Origin: Deltaproteobacteria bacterium
GTDB taxonomy: Bacteria > CG03 > SLGR01 > JBDRKX01
Assembly (NCBI GenBank): GCA_048634875.1
Contig: JAIVZN010000001.1
Coordinates: 3,858 to 67,857, forward strand
Reading direction: 5' to 3'
Length of the DNA: 64,000 nt
This document shows, piece after piece, positions 42,161-51,566 of the stretch (its first letter is position 1; each line of letters begins with the position of its first letter). The notes beneath the pieces were generated by a model. It saw only the letters and a program-made list of their open reading frames with translations. It was not told the DNA's origin and did not search any database. The position numbers were made by a program, and so were the translations under genes.

Positions 42161-42670
42161 TTTTAAATCATTTAAAGCATATAAAACTTTTTTGATTACC
42201 CCGGCTAATGAATTACATAAGCCCTGGATTGGGGCATTTAAAGCATATACTGTCTTAGCTATCATTACATCTTTAGATGGCAAATCTGCTATTTTCTCAA
42301 TTTGAGAGCTATTCATAAAGGTATCCATTATAATAGCTGCTTTAAATTCCATTAATTTATTTTCATCAACATATCCTTTAAAAATTTTTATTGCCTTAGA
42401 TGGATCTTCGTTGCCTAATAAAACTGCTACAGGTCCTTTAAAAAATTCTTTAATATCAAAATAACTTTCAATACCTGCTTCTTCAATAGCCCGGAGCGCC
42501 AGTCTGTTCTTAACCACTCGCATTTTACAATCAGCTTCCTTTAATTTTTTTCTTAACTCATTAATACTATTAACGCCAAGACCCTGGTATAGAGTAAGTA
42601 TTACACTTTTTGAATTTTTTAACTCTTCAACAAATCCCTTAACAAATTGTTTTTTTTCTTTTAACTGCAT
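42140..42670 (-). CDS. rplJ: 50S ribosomal protein L10
   Basis: 176 aa; 177-nt leader upstream (42671-42847). Confidence 0.93.
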   Translation of the reverse strand: MQLKEKKQFVKGFVEELKNSKSVILTLYQGLGVNSINELRKKLKEADCKMRVVKNRLALRAIEEAGIESYFDIKEFFKGPVAVLLGNEDPSKAIKIFKGYVDENKLMEFKAAIIMDTFMNSSQIEKIADLPSKDVMIAKTVYALNAPIQGLCNSLAGVIKKVLYALNDLKSVKGKA

Positions 42671-42847
42671 TTTTTTAATTTCTTTTTATACATTTTACCC
42701 TGTTAACCAGCAATATTTAAAATTCAACTGGCGCACAAGTCAACTTATATAAGCTACTATACTACCAAAAAAAACTTAATTTTGTCAAATTTTCTTATTT
42801 TTTAATTCCAAATTCTCAATTTTTCACCTAATCTCTTCTTTCCAATT

Positions 42848-43522
42848 CTATACGGTCACATTCACTGACAGTCCCATTGTAGAAGCTATAGATATTTTTT
42901 TAATAAACTTCCCTTTTGCCGAAGCAGGGCGATTCTTTTTTATAGTATTTATATAATGATTAAAATTCTCAATAATTTTTTCAGGTGGAAAAGAAACCTT
43001 GCCTAAAATACCATGAATTACTCCCTTTTTATCCATTTTAAATTCCACTCTCCCCTTTTTAACACTTTCTACAGCTTCAATAACATTTTTTGTAACAGTT
43101 CCTGATTTAGGAGACGGCATAAGTCCTTTAGGCCCTAACACCTTGCCAAATCTTCCAAGGTCTTTCATACAATCAGGTGTTGCAATAAGAACATCAAAAT
43201 TTATATTACCTTTTTTTACTTCTTCAATAACATTATCCAGGCCTGCTAAACATGCTCCGGCAGAAATAGCATCTTCAATATCCTTATCATCCTTGGTTAC
43301 CACTGCAATTTTTACTTCTTTTCCTGTTCCATGCGGCAAACTTACACTTCCTCTGACCATCTGGTCAGATTTGACAGGGTCCACTCCAAGAACAACTGCT
43401 ATTTCTACAGACTCATCAAATTTTGCAGTAGATGTCTCTTTTATTTTTTCTACAGCTTCACTGATATCATACTCAATTTTCCCAATTTTCTTCTTTAACT
43501 CTTTATATCTTTTACTTCTCAT
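42848..43522 (-). CDS. rplA: 50S ribosomal protein L1
   Basis: 224 aa. Confidence 0.95.
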   Translation of the reverse strand: MRSKRYKELKKKIGKIEYDISEAVEKIKETSTAKFDESVEIAVVLGVDPVKSDQMVRGSVSLPHGTGKEVKIAVVTKDDKDIEDAISAGACLAGLDNVIEEVKKGNINFDVLIATPDCMKDLGRFGKVLGPKGLMPSPKSGTVTKNVIEAVESVKKGRVEFKMDKKGVIHGILGKVSFPPEKIIENFNHYINTIKKNRPASAKGKFIKKISIASTMGLSVNVTV

Positions 43523-43650
43523 CTCTCATTATCCTTACATCTATAAATCTCCCTCTAACTTCTTTCCAGAGAAATTCAGAGATTGAGAAACTGTGTTAGA
43601 AATTAAGAAAATAGAAAACAGATATTAAGAATATTTTGATTTTTAAATTT

Positions 43651-43705
43651 CTTAATCTCTTCTCAGTCTCTTAATCTCCTAATCTCCTAATCTCCTAATC
43701 TCTAA
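43651..43705. repeat. Tandem short repeat (CTAATCTCC x3 on plus strand = GGAGATTAG in mRNA sense) in rplK-rplA spacer
   Basis: tctcagtctcttaatctcctaatctcctaatctcctaatctctaat; similar motifs at 14981-15018, 18655-18705, 45010-45030, 50500-50535. Confidence 0.8.
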
Positions 43706-44126
43706 TTTTTATTCCCATACTTCTTGCTGTACCCTTTACCATCTGCATTGCTGCTTCAATATCATCTGTATTTAAATCAGGTAGTTTTTCTTTTGCTATT
43801 TCTCTTACCTGTTCTTCGGTTACTTCACCTACCTTCTCTTTATTAGGTGTTGAACTTGCAACAGCTATTCCAACAGCTTTTTTCAATAAAGAAGATACAG
43901 GCGCAACTTTTGTCTCAAATGTAAAACTTTTATCCTTATAAACAAATATTTCAACAGGGACAATCATTCCAGCTTCCCTGTTTTTTGTTTTCTCATTAAA
44001 CAGCTTACAAAAATCCATAATATTTACACCTTTTTGCCCAAGAGCAGGCCCGACAGGAGGCGCAGGGGTTGCTTTACCTGCTGGAATTTGAAGTTTTATT
44101 TTTGATTCTACTTGCTTTTTTGCCAT
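43695..44126 (-). CDS. rplK: 50S ribosomal protein L11
   Basis: 143 aa; PPVGPALG motif. Confidence 0.95.
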   Translation of the reverse strand: MAKKQVESKIKLQIPAGKATPAPPVGPALGQKGVNIMDFCKLFNEKTKNREAGMIVPVEIFVYKDKSFTFETKVAPVSSLLKKAVGIAVASSTPNKEKVGEVTEEQVREIAKEKLPDLNTDDIEAAMQMVKGTARSMGIKIRD

Positions 44127-44249
44127 AATACCATTCAGTCTCTCACTCCTCCATGCTTAAACATGCGTTCATGACATTCGGTCGTTCAAGGCATTCAGTC
44201 GCTCTCTTCATTTGGATTAACCAACGTTTGCTCCCTCATCCCTCATCCC

Positions 44250-44804
44250 TCATACTTTCTCCACTTGCAGAAAATCCAACTCCACCGGAGTTATCCTTCC
44301 AAATATTGTAACCATTACACGGACCTTCTGTTTTGCTTCATCAGCATCTTCCACAATACCCATAAAATTATCAAAAGGACCATCAATAATTCTGACCCTA
44401 TCCCCTTCCTTAAAAAATATTTCGGATTGAGGCTCCTCTTCCTTCTTCTTATCAATCATATTTTTTATCTTTTCAAATTCTTTCTTTTGAAGAGGAACAG
44501 GATTTTCTTTTTTTCCGCAAAGAAAATCCATAACTCCCTGGATATTCTTTAAATTCCAATAAGTTTCATCATCCATTATCATATTTATTAATATATATGA
44601 AGGAAAAAAATCTTTCTCTATTACCTGTTTTTTCCCTTTTCTAAGGGCAATAACTTCATTATATGGTATCAGTACTTCAAAAATTTTGTTATCCAGCCCC
44701 TTACTTTTTTTCAATTTTTCTATATAATTCTTTACCTTTTCTTCATATCCCGTATAGGTATTAATTACATACCATTTCCCTTCTTTCTTATTATTCTCAA
44801 TCAT
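44250..44804 (-). CDS. nusG: Transcription termination/antitermination factor NusG
   Basis: 184 aa; NGN and KOW domains. Confidence 0.9.
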   Translation of the reverse strand: MIENNKKEGKWYVINTYTGYEEKVKNYIEKLKKSKGLDNKIFEVLIPYNEVIALRKGKKQVIEKDFFPSYILINMIMDDETYWNLKNIQGVMDFLCGKKENPVPLQKKEFEKIKNMIDKKKEEEPQSEIFFKEGDRVRIIDGPFDNFMGIVEDADEAKQKVRVMVTIFGRITPVELDFLQVEKV

Positions 44805-44986
44805 TGTACCACCACATTTAATAACCAGGAAAGGATAAAATCAACTACCCCTATATATGAAGCAATGATTAAAACTAATACAATCACTACAATTGTAGAA
44901 GCAATAAGTTCCTTTTTTCCCGGCCAGGTTACTTTTTCTACTTCAGATAAAACTTCCCTCAAAAATCCTTTGACTTTTTTAATCAT
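44801..44986 (-). CDS. secE: Preprotein translocase subunit SecE
   Basis: 61 aa single-TM protein directly upstream of nusG. Confidence 0.85.
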   Translation of the reverse strand: MIKKVKGFLREVLSEVEKVTWPGKKELIASTIVVIVLVLIIASYIGVVDFILSWLLNVVVQ

Positions 44987-45062
44987 TTAACTTTCCGTTT
45001 TCTTTTCATTCACCCAGGTTTCCTAATCTCCTATTATATTTCCACCTTCATACTTTCCACAT

Positions 45063-45140
45063 CTGGCAGGCCTGGCAGGACTTGAACCTGCAACCCCCGG
45101 TTTTGGAGACCGGTGCGCTAGCCAATTGCGCCACAGGCCT
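45063..45140 (-). tRNA. tRNA-Trp (anticodon CCA)
   Basis: Manual fold: AGGCCTG acceptor, anticodon loop CTCCAAA, T-arm GCAGGTTCAAGTCCTGC, encoded CCA. Confidence 0.85.
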
Positions 45141-45141
45141 T

Positions 45142-45306
45142 TTATCCCTTAATTGACTTATGCACCGTATGCTTTCTACAAAACCTACAGTGCTTCTTTA
45201 ATTCTAACTTATCCTGTCTGTGAAGTTTATTTCTTCTGTATGTATAGTTTCGGCGTTTACACTCCTGACATTCAAGATGCTGAACTATCCTATCCTTTTT
45301 TGCCAT
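45142..45306 (-). CDS. rpmG: 50S ribosomal protein L33 (not in ORF track)
   Basis: [54 protein letters not shown]; zinc-ribbon L33; start overlaps tuf stop (TAATG). Confidence 0.9.
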   Translation of the reverse strand: MAKKDRIVQHLECQECKRRNYTYRRNKLHRQDKLELKKHCRFCRKHTVHKSIKG

Positions 45307-46496
45307 TATTCAATTACCTCAGCTACAACACCAGCTCCAACCGTATGTCCGCCTTCCCTTATCGCAAACCTGAGTCCCTGCTCCATTGCCACTGCCTGTA
45401 TTAACTCGCCCTCCATATCCACATTATCTCCTGGCATCACCATCTCCCTGCCCTCTGGTAACTTTAACACTCCTGTCACATCTGTCGTACGAAAATAAAA
45501 TTGTGGCCTGTATCCGCTGAAAAACGGTGTGTGTCGCCCGCCTTCTTCTTTGCTTAATATATATATCTTCCCCTTGAACTTCGTGTGCGGTGTTATCGTC
45601 TTAGGCGCCGCTATCACCTGCCCCCTCTCTATCTGCGTCTTATCTACACCGCGCAGCAACACTCCTATGTTGTCGCCGGCCTGCGCCTCTTCCATCTCCT
45701 TGCGAAACATCTCTACTCCTGTTACCACGGTCTCCTTGCTTTCCATTAATCCCACTATCTCTACCTTGTCCGATACCTTTACCTTACCCCTCTCTACCCT
45801 GCCTGTCGCTACTGTACCGCGCCCTGTTATTGAAAATACATCTTCTACGCTCATCAAAAACGGCTTATCAACTTCCCTGTCAGGCTGGGGTATATTCGCA
45901 TCCAGCGCTTCCATTAATTCCCCTATTACTTTACCTTCATCGCTATCCGCCTCACTATTTAACGCCTTTAACGCAGAACCCTTTATTATTGGTATATCAT
46001 CTCCGGGAAACTCATATTTGTTTAATAATTCCCTTATCTCTAACTCTACTAACTCCAACAACTCAGGATCATCTACCTGATCTACCTTATTCATAAATAC
46101 TACTATTGCTGGCACGCCTACCTGCCTCGCTAATAATATATGTTCCTTTGTCTGAGGCATCGGACCATCTGCCGCCGACACCACCAGTATCGCGCCATCC
46201 ATCTGCGCCGCTCCTGTTATCATGTTCTTTATATAATCCGCATGACCGGGACAGTCTATATGCGCATAATGCCTCAAGTCTGTCTCATATTCCACATGCG
46301 CTGTCGCTATCGTCAATCCCCTCTCCTTTTCCTCGGGCGCATTGTCTATCTCATCTACATTCTTACAGGATGCCAGTCCTTTGGAACTTAAATACTTCAA
46401 TATCGCTGCCGTTAATGTCGTCTTCCCGTGATCTACATGCCCTATTGTCCCTACATTAACATGAGGCTTTGTCCTCTGAAATTTTTCCTTTGCCAT
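45306..46496 (-). CDS. tuf: Elongation factor Tu (copy 2, tufB-like, downstream of tRNA cluster)
   Basis: 396 aa; differs from copy 1 at ~6 residues. Confidence 0.97.
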   Translation of the reverse strand: MAKEKFQRTKPHVNVGTIGHVDHGKTTLTAAILKYLSSKGLASCKNVDEIDNAPEEKERGLTIATAHVEYETDLRHYAHIDCPGHADYIKNMITGAAQMDGAILVVSAADGPMPQTKEHILLARQVGVPAIVVFMNKVDQVDDPELLELVELEIRELLNKYEFPGDDIPIIKGSALKALNSEADSDEGKVIGELMEALDANIPQPDREVDKPFLMSVEDVFSITGRGTVATGRVERGKVKVSDKVEIVGLMESKETVVTGVEMFRKEMEEAQAGDNIGVLLRGVDKTQIERGQVIAAPKTITPHTKFKGKIYILSKEEGGRHTPFFSGYRPQFYFRTTDVTGVLKLPEGREMVMPGDNVDMEGELIQAVAMEQGLRFAIREGGHTVGAGVVAEVIE

Positions 46497-46514
46497 ATCT
46501 TCCTCCTCTTTATT

Positions 46515-46570
46515 TCCGTAAAGCGTAAAGCGTAAATCGTGAAGTGTTTTTTTTTACCCTTTACGCTTTA
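46515..46570. repeat. Repeat family C hairpin between tRNA-Thr(GGT) and tuf
   Basis: ccgtaaagcgtaaagcgtaaatcgtgaagtgtttttttttaccctttacgctttactctttacg. Confidence 0.8.
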
Positions 46571-46576
46571 CTCTTT

Positions 46577-46652
46577 ACGACCATGGTGGAGCTGGGAACG
46601 GGATTCGAACCCGTGACCTCATGCTTACCATGCATGTGCTCTACCAGCTGAG
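46577..46652 (-). tRNA. tRNA-Thr (anticodon GGT)
   Basis: GCTGGGATAGCTCAGCTGGTAGAGCACATGCATGGTAAGCATGAGGTCACGGGTTCGAATCCCGTTCCCAGCTCCA. Confidence 0.88.
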
Positions 46653-46660
46653 CTATCCCA

Positions 46661-46712
46661 GCATCATAAACCGTAAAGCGTAAATCGTGAAGTGTTTTTC
46701 TCTTTACCCTTT
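46661..46712. repeat. Repeat family C hairpin between tRNA-Gly and tRNA-Thr(GGT)
   Basis: ccgtaaagcgtaaatcgtgaagtgtttttctctttaccctttacgctttac. Confidence 0.8.
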
Positions 46713-46714
46713 AC

Positions 46715-46788
46715 GCTTTACAACCCTGGAGCGGGTGATGGGGATCGAACCCACATTACTAGCTTGGAAGGCTAGGGCTTTACCACTA
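46715..46788 (-). tRNA. tRNA-Gly (anticodon TCC)
   Basis: GCGGGTGTAGCTTAGTGGTAAAGCCCTAGCCTTCCAAGCTAGTAATGTGGGTTCGATCCCCATCACCCGCTCCA. Confidence 0.88.
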
Positions 46789-46833
46789 AGCTACACCCGC
46801 CTTACTAATTCAAATTTTGCATTTTTCCACCTT

Positions 46834-46919
46834 GGTGGACAGGGGAGGATTCGAACCTCCGTAGGACAACGTCCGACAGATTTACAGTCTGTTGCCTTTA
46901 ACCTCTCAGCCACCTGTCC
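46834..46919 (-). tRNA. tRNA-Tyr (anticodon GTA), long variable arm
   Basis: GGACAGG...CAGACTGTAAATCTG anticodon arm, variable arm CGGACGTTGTCC, T-arm GGAGGTTCGAATCCTCC, CCA encoded. Confidence 0.85.
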
Positions 46920-47002
46920 TCCTCTATATTTTAGGAATATGAGATGAGGTATACGGAACTAGAGAACAAAAAAAATTTTTCCTCATTCCTCATTCCTTCT
47001 AT
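46920..47002. repeat. Degenerate repeat family B copy filling the tRNA-Thr(TGT)/tRNA-Tyr spacer
   Basis: aggaatatgagatgaggtatacggaactagagaac...cctcattcctcattcct shares both arms with the spc-operon copies. Confidence 0.65.
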
Positions 47003-47078
47003 TGGAGCCGATGACAGGAATTGAACCCGTAACCTGCTCATTACAAGTGAGCTGCTCTGCCAGTTGAGCTACATCGGC
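47003..47078 (-). tRNA. tRNA-Thr (anticodon TGT)
   Basis: GCCGATGTAGCTCAACTGGCAGAGCAGCTCACTTGTAATGAGCAGGTTACGGGTTCAATTCCTGTCATCGGCTCCA. Confidence 0.88.
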
Positions 47079-47096
47079 ATTAAAATCAATATGAGA

Positions 47097-47125
47097 ATAT
47101 TAATTAAATATATAAATTTTGTCAA
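47097..47125 (-). promoter_or_regulatory. Consensus-like sigma70 promoter for the tRNA-tuf-secE-nusG-rplKAJL-rpoBC transcription unit
   Basis: Minus strand TTGACA (47125-47120), 17-nt spacer, TAATAT (47102-47097), about 18 nt upstream of tRNA-Thr 5' end. Confidence 0.6.
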
Positions 47126-47141
47126 ATTTTGTAGGATTTTC

Positions 47142-47203
47142 TTGCCAAATTTCTTCCAAATTCTTCCAAATTCTTGACAATTATAAATAAATGTATTAAT
47201 ATT
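47142..47203 (+). promoter_or_regulatory. Divergent plus-strand promoter TTGACA-17-TAATAT preceded by three direct CCAAATTCTT repeats; predicted near-leaderless start for the M23 peptidase gene
   Basis: gccaaatttcttccaaattcttccaaattcTTGACAattataaataaatgtatTAATATtttattgttcATG. Confidence 0.5.
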
Positions 47204-47212
47204 TTATTGTTC

Positions 47213-48127
47213 ATGTTAAAAAGTTTTAAAATTTGGTTCAGTAAAAAAATTACAATAATATTTGCTCCAAGCCATGGCAGCAGGTCATTTCATATACAAT
47301 TATCATATCCATTTACAACATTTCTCCTGTTGTTAATTGTATCAATATTTACTGTAGGCGGATATTTTTCAAAGGTTTATATCAGCTATATTCATGCAAT
47401 TGAAGCAAATAAAAAATTAGTTGAAGAGAAAAACCTATATTCAACAAAAGTTGAAGAAACCCTTAATATGCTCCAGAAAGTTAAAAACATTGAAGTTCGC
47501 CTAAAAGGCATGCTTGGGATGAAATCAACAAGAAATATTATTGAAAACTATCATATAGGCGGAGCGCATTCAAAGGATAAAGTAAACCTTCCTATTGAGA
47601 TTAATTCTATCTATGAACAAAACCGTTTTAATTCAAACATAAATGAAGTAAAGAGAGAAACCTGGGAACAGCAGCAAAATATTAAATACATAGAAAATTT
47701 TATTAATAAAAAAAGAAATATGCTTCTGTCCACTCCTTCTATCTGGCCTGTTTTTGGCTATATGACAAGCGGTTATGGCTGGAGAACACATCCCATACTC
47801 AAAAGGAGGGAATATCACAGAGCAATAGATATATACAGCGTTCTTGAAAGGCGTTCCCCAATAAGAGCAACTGCGCAAGGCAGAATAATTGTTGCAGGCT
47901 GGGCAGGTTCATATGGCAAAACAATAATAATAGACCATGGTAATGGATTTTCTACAAGATACTGCCATTGTTCTAAAATACTGGTAAAACAGGGAGAAAG
48001 AGTTGAACATGGACAAATAATTGCATATATCGGGAATACAGGGCTTTCTACAGGGCCGCATCTGCATTATGAAGTATGGTACAGGGGAAAACCTGTAAAC
48101 CCCCTGCGTTTTGTTAAAGAGAGGTAA
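47213..48127 (+). CDS. M23 family (LytM-domain) metallopeptidase with N-terminal TM helix (ORF track begins at TTG 47174; ATG 47213 preferred)
   Basis: HxxxD...HLHYE zinc-peptidase motifs (RAIDIY..., GPHLHYEVW). Confidence 0.85.
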   Translation: MLKSFKIWFSKKITIIFAPSHGSRSFHIQLSYPFTTFLLLLIVSIFTVGGYFSKVYISYIHAIEANKKLVEEKNLYSTKVEETLNMLQKVKNIEVRLKGMLGMKSTRNIIENYHIGGAHSKDKVNLPIEINSIYEQNRFNSNINEVKRETWEQQQNIKYIENFINKKRNMLLSTPSIWPVFGYMTSGYGWRTHPILKRREYHRAIDIYSVLERRSPIRATAQGRIIVAGWAGSYGKTIIIDHGNGFSTRYCHCSKILVKQGERVEHGQIIAYIGNTGLSTGPHLHYEVWYRGKPVNPLRFVKER

Positions 48128-48130
48128 CTT

Positions 48131-48538
48131 TTGAACAAATTAAATAAAAAGATATTCGGTAAAATAGAAACTCTAATCAGTCAGGATACAAAGATAGAAG
48201 GCACAATTGAAGCATCAGGAACACTTAGAATTGATGGAACTGTAATAGGCGGTATCAGTAAGGCTTCAGGCGTTATAATCGGCGCTACAGGAATTATAGA
48301 AGGAAATATTAATGCGCAAGGAGTAAGCCATGCAGGAAAAGTAATTGGAAATATAAATGCTGAATCCTCACTTGAGTTAATGCATGAATCTGTTTTACAG
48401 GGTGACATAAGAACAGCCCAGCTTTCCATAGCTGAAGGCGCTCACTTTGATGGCTCCTGCTCAATGATTAGTGAAAAGAACAATGAAGCATCGGGGTTTT
48501 CCAAAGAAACTCTAGAAACAACAGAAGAACCTACCTGA
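48131..48538 (+). CDS. Bactofilin (DUF583) cytoskeletal protein
   Basis: 135 aa beta-helical bactofilin repeats (GTIEASGTLRIDGTVIGG...). Confidence 0.8.
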   Translation: MNKLNKKIFGKIETLISQDTKIEGTIEASGTLRIDGTVIGGISKASGVIIGATGIIEGNINAQGVSHAGKVIGNINAESSLELMHESVLQGDIRTAQLSIAEGAHFDGSCSMISEKNNEASGFSKETLETTEEPT

Positions 48539-49046
48539 GAAATTCAATAGTTTCATCTATTTTTTCTTTCACGCTTCTATTTTTAACCATATCCTTTGAA
48601 ATTAAAAGATGTTCAATTGTTCGAGAATATTTTAACTCTTTCAAGGATTCACATGCCCTGAGCCTCACTATCTCCTTTTCAGTATTATTTTCTATTACCT
48701 CAATAAGCGGGATTATATTATCCTTATTTGCAATAAAACCAAGTATATCAACTATCCAGAATCTGAATTTCCAGTTTTGCGATACCTTTAATTTCTCAAC
48801 AAGAACAGGAGATACCGCTGTTCCGATATCCATCATCTCAACTGACTCATTCATTGTATTTCTTCCGAGGTAGCCGAGATCATACTCCTTAGCTATTTCT
48901 TCTACTTTTTCTAATACACTTTCCGCTTTTTGCCAGGTCTCTGTATCTATCTTTTTTTTAGGAACAACGGGAATTTTATGAGGCATTCTGACAACGCTGC
49001 AGCCTGATAAAAAAATAATTATTAATAATGTTTTAATGAAAGACAT
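48531..49046 (-). CDS. Putative lipoprotein with HEAT/armadillo-like repeats
   Basis: Signal peptide plus lipobox LSGCS; convergent with bactofilin, 8-nt overlap. Confidence 0.5.
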   Translation of the reverse strand: MSFIKTLLIIIFLSGCSVVRMPHKIPVVPKKKIDTETWQKAESVLEKVEEIAKEYDLGYLGRNTMNESVEMMDIGTAVSPVLVEKLKVSQNWKFRFWIVDILGFIANKDNIIPLIEVIENNTEKEIVRLRACESLKELKYSRTIEHLLISKDMVKNRSVKEKIDETIEFLR

Positions 49047-50044
49047 TTAAATAACTTCTGAGCTTTTATATCTGTAAGAAATGCAACCAAATCACAGGCG
49101 GCCCTCTGAGCTGTCTCATTTTTCAAATACGGCATCTCTTCAATAACAAAATCGCAGTTATCTGTGTAATATTTATACAGGAAAGCTATGATTTCTCTGG
49201 CTTTTTTGTCCCTTTGTGCAACCCGTGGTAATTTATATACATAATCATACAGGAACTGTCTGAGTTCATCAGTTGCGGTCATTACGCCTTCACTCATCTC
49301 AATATGTTTTTTCCCCACGCTTTCTTTTATTACACACTCAAGCATTGTAACTAACCTGCTTTCAAAATTGTGTCCAAGTATTTCACCTGTACCCGCAGGT
49401 AAGTCCTCTTTTGAAATTATTCCCATGTTAAACGCATCATCTATGTCGTGATTAATATACGCAAACCAGTCTGCAAACTGAACAACCTCTCCTTCTATAC
49501 TTGATGCGCGGTTGACACCATCATGGAGACTTACAATACTTAATGTCCCCTTTGAGTGCTGACTGATTCCATCTTTTACTTCACAAGTCAAATTCAAACC
49601 TTCACCATTGTTCTCAATTAACTCAACAATCCTTATACCCTGATCGCTGTGTGCAAATTTAAAAGGAGTCAGTTCGTCAAGAACTTCTTCTCCAATATGG
49701 CCAAAAGGCGTATGTCCAAGATCATGCCCGAGCGCTATAGCTTCAACTAAATCCTGATTTAAATTAAGAGCCCTTGCAATATATCTTGATATTGCAGCAA
49801 CTTCTAATGTATGAGTAAGGCGCGTTCTGAAATCCTCGCCGCTTGTTGAAAGAAAAACCTGGGTTTTATGCTTTAACAGGCGGAAACTCAATGAATGTAA
49901 AATTTTATCCCTGTCTTTCTGAAACTCAGTCCTTACAGAACAAAATTCTTCTTCTCTGCCGCGTCCTTTTGTGAGAGTATTTAAAGTAGCAAAAGATGAA
50001 AGATTTTCCTTTTCCCACTTTTCAATTTTCTCACGGGTGTTCAT
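49022..50044 (-). CDS. dgt: dGTP triphosphohydrolase-like HD-domain protein
   Basis: 340 aa; HD motif (HDLGHTPFGH), dGTPase family architecture. Confidence 0.8.
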   Translation of the reverse strand: MNTREKIEKWEKENLSSFATLNTLTKGRGREEEFCSVRTEFQKDRDKILHSLSFRLLKHKTQVFLSTSGEDFRTRLTHTLEVAAISRYIARALNLNQDLVEAIALGHDLGHTPFGHIGEEVLDELTPFKFAHSDQGIRIVELIENNGEGLNLTCEVKDGISQHSKGTLSIVSLHDGVNRASSIEGEVVQFADWFAYINHDIDDAFNMGIISKEDLPAGTGEILGHNFESRLVTMLECVIKESVGKKHIEMSEGVMTATDELRQFLYDYVYKLPRVAQRDKKAREIIAFLYKYYTDNCDFVIEEMPYLKNETAQRAACDLVAFLTDIKAQKLFKCLSLKHY

Positions 50045-50478
50045 TGCTTTCCCTTTAGATCTTCTAAATTTTTTCTAAAAACATCGCCTTTATCAAAATG
50101 CGGTATTAACTCCTCAGCCATATACATATTATAATCTCCATTAACGCCGCAGCAGAAAACTTCCGCAGATTTACCAAATTCTATCAGGACCTGCCTGCAC
50201 GCTCCGCATGGCAATGAGAGATTCTTATCAGAAGTCACCACTGCGAGTCTCTTTATTTCTCTTTCACCCTCAGAAATTGCTTTTGTAATTGCCACCCTTT
50301 CAGCGCAGATTGTTAAGCCATATGAAGAATTTTCAATATTACAGCCGCCATAAACATTCCCTGAACCACATTCCACGGCTGCACCAACCTTAAAATTACT
50401 GTACGGTTCATATGCCGTTTCCCTGTATTTTACTGCTGTTTCTATTAATTTTTCTTTTGCCATTTCTCCTCCACACAT
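50041..50478 (-). CDS. cdd: Cytidine deaminase
   Basis: 145 aa; CAERVA...PCGACRQVL zinc-binding motifs. Confidence 0.9.
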   Translation of the reverse strand: MCGGEMAKEKLIETAVKYRETAYEPYSNFKVGAAVECGSGNVYGGCNIENSSYGLTICAERVAITKAISEGEREIKRLAVVTSDKNLSLPCGACRQVLIEFGKSAEVFCCGVNGDYNMYMAEELIPHFDKGDVFRKNLEDLKGKQ

Positions 50479-50537
50479 TAGCGCACAAGTTAATTTTTAT
50501 GTCCTAATCTCTTAATCTCGTAATTTCCTAATCGCAT

Positions 50538-51560
50538 TCATTTTATCAGTCTGCCGCATTCTTCCATGACCAGTTTTCTTAATTTATCTTTCTCTTCAGT
50601 CTCCATGAAGGCAGCTTCAACACCATTCATTATAATCTCAACAAGTTCACTTATAGAAATTCCTATCTCCATTGCCTTTTCAAATTCGTATGTTAAATCT
50701 ATTCCGCTTACACCCCTGTCATCTGTGTTTAATGTAACTTTAATGCTACTTGCAATAAATTTTTTTACCGGATGAGTATTATAATCTTTAACAACCTGTG
50801 TATGTATATTTGATGTAAGACATATTTCAAACGGGATTCTTTTTAAAGCCATTTCACGCATTAATTTTTCATCTTCAACAAGTGTAACACCATGCCCTAT
50901 TCTATCAGCGCCTATCTGTACAGCTTCCCTGATATATTCAGGACCTGCTGCTTCGCCTGCATGAATAGTTACAGATACTCCCTCATTTTTGCATATCTGA
51001 ATTGGTTTTTCAAAATCCCTCAGTGGGAATTTATTCTCATCGCCAGCAACATCAATGCCAGAGACACCCTCATTCCTTAATTCCACCGCACATTTTGCAG
51101 CCTGGATTGAATCCTCCAGCGGAGTTCCGCGATACAAACACAGCAGCACCCCGCACTTTATGGGAAATTCTTTTTCACCCTTTTTAACTCCTCTTAGTAC
51201 TGCTTCCACAACATCAGGTATGGGGAATTTTTCAGTTTTCTGAAGCACAGGAGCAAACCTTATCTCAAGATACTTCACATTTTCTTCAGCGCAATCCCTG
51301 CATAATTCATATGATATCCTCTCCTGTGCATATGGGTTTGTCAAAAGCGGGTAAAAGACTTCAAATCTCTTTAGAAAGTCGCTTAAACATTTACAATTAA
51401 TGGACACTCTTACAAATTTTCTCAAATCCTTTACATTGTCAGCAGGCAAAGAAAAATTCTGCATTTTAGCAAGCTCCAAAATCGTAGAAGTTCTTATGGA
51501 GCCATCTAAATGACAATGTAAATCAACTTTAGGTAATTTTCTTATAATTTCCTCTTTCAC
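50538..51560 (-). CDS. add: Adenosine deaminase (GTG start)
   Basis: 340 aa; LPKVDLHCHLDGS metal-binding signature. Confidence 0.88.
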   Translation of the reverse strand: MKEEIIRKLPKVDLHCHLDGSIRTSTILELAKMQNFSLPADNVKDLRKFVRVSINCKCLSDFLKRFEVFYPLLTNPYAQERISYELCRDCAEENVKYLEIRFAPVLQKTEKFPIPDVVEAVLRGVKKGEKEFPIKCGVLLCLYRGTPLEDSIQAAKCAVELRNEGVSGIDVAGDENKFPLRDFEKPIQICKNEGVSVTIHAGEAAGPEYIREAVQIGADRIGHGVTLVEDEKLMREMALKRIPFEICLTSNIHTQVVKDYNTHPVKKFIASSIKVTLNTDDRGVSGIDLTYEFEKAMEIGISISELVEIIMNGVEAAFMETEEKDKLRKLVMEECGRLIK

Positions 51561-51566
51561 TTGTAA

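Noticed and set aside
43651-43705. Possible CRISPR array from tandem CTAATCTCC units
   Set aside because: Units are 9 nt with no spacers; only 3-4 copies; no cas genes. This is an SD-like tandem motif, not CRISPR
47174-47212. TTG start at 47174 for the M23 peptidase
   Set aside because: It overlaps the predicted -35/-10 promoter; the ATG at 47213 follows the -10 and gives a TM-helix N-terminus
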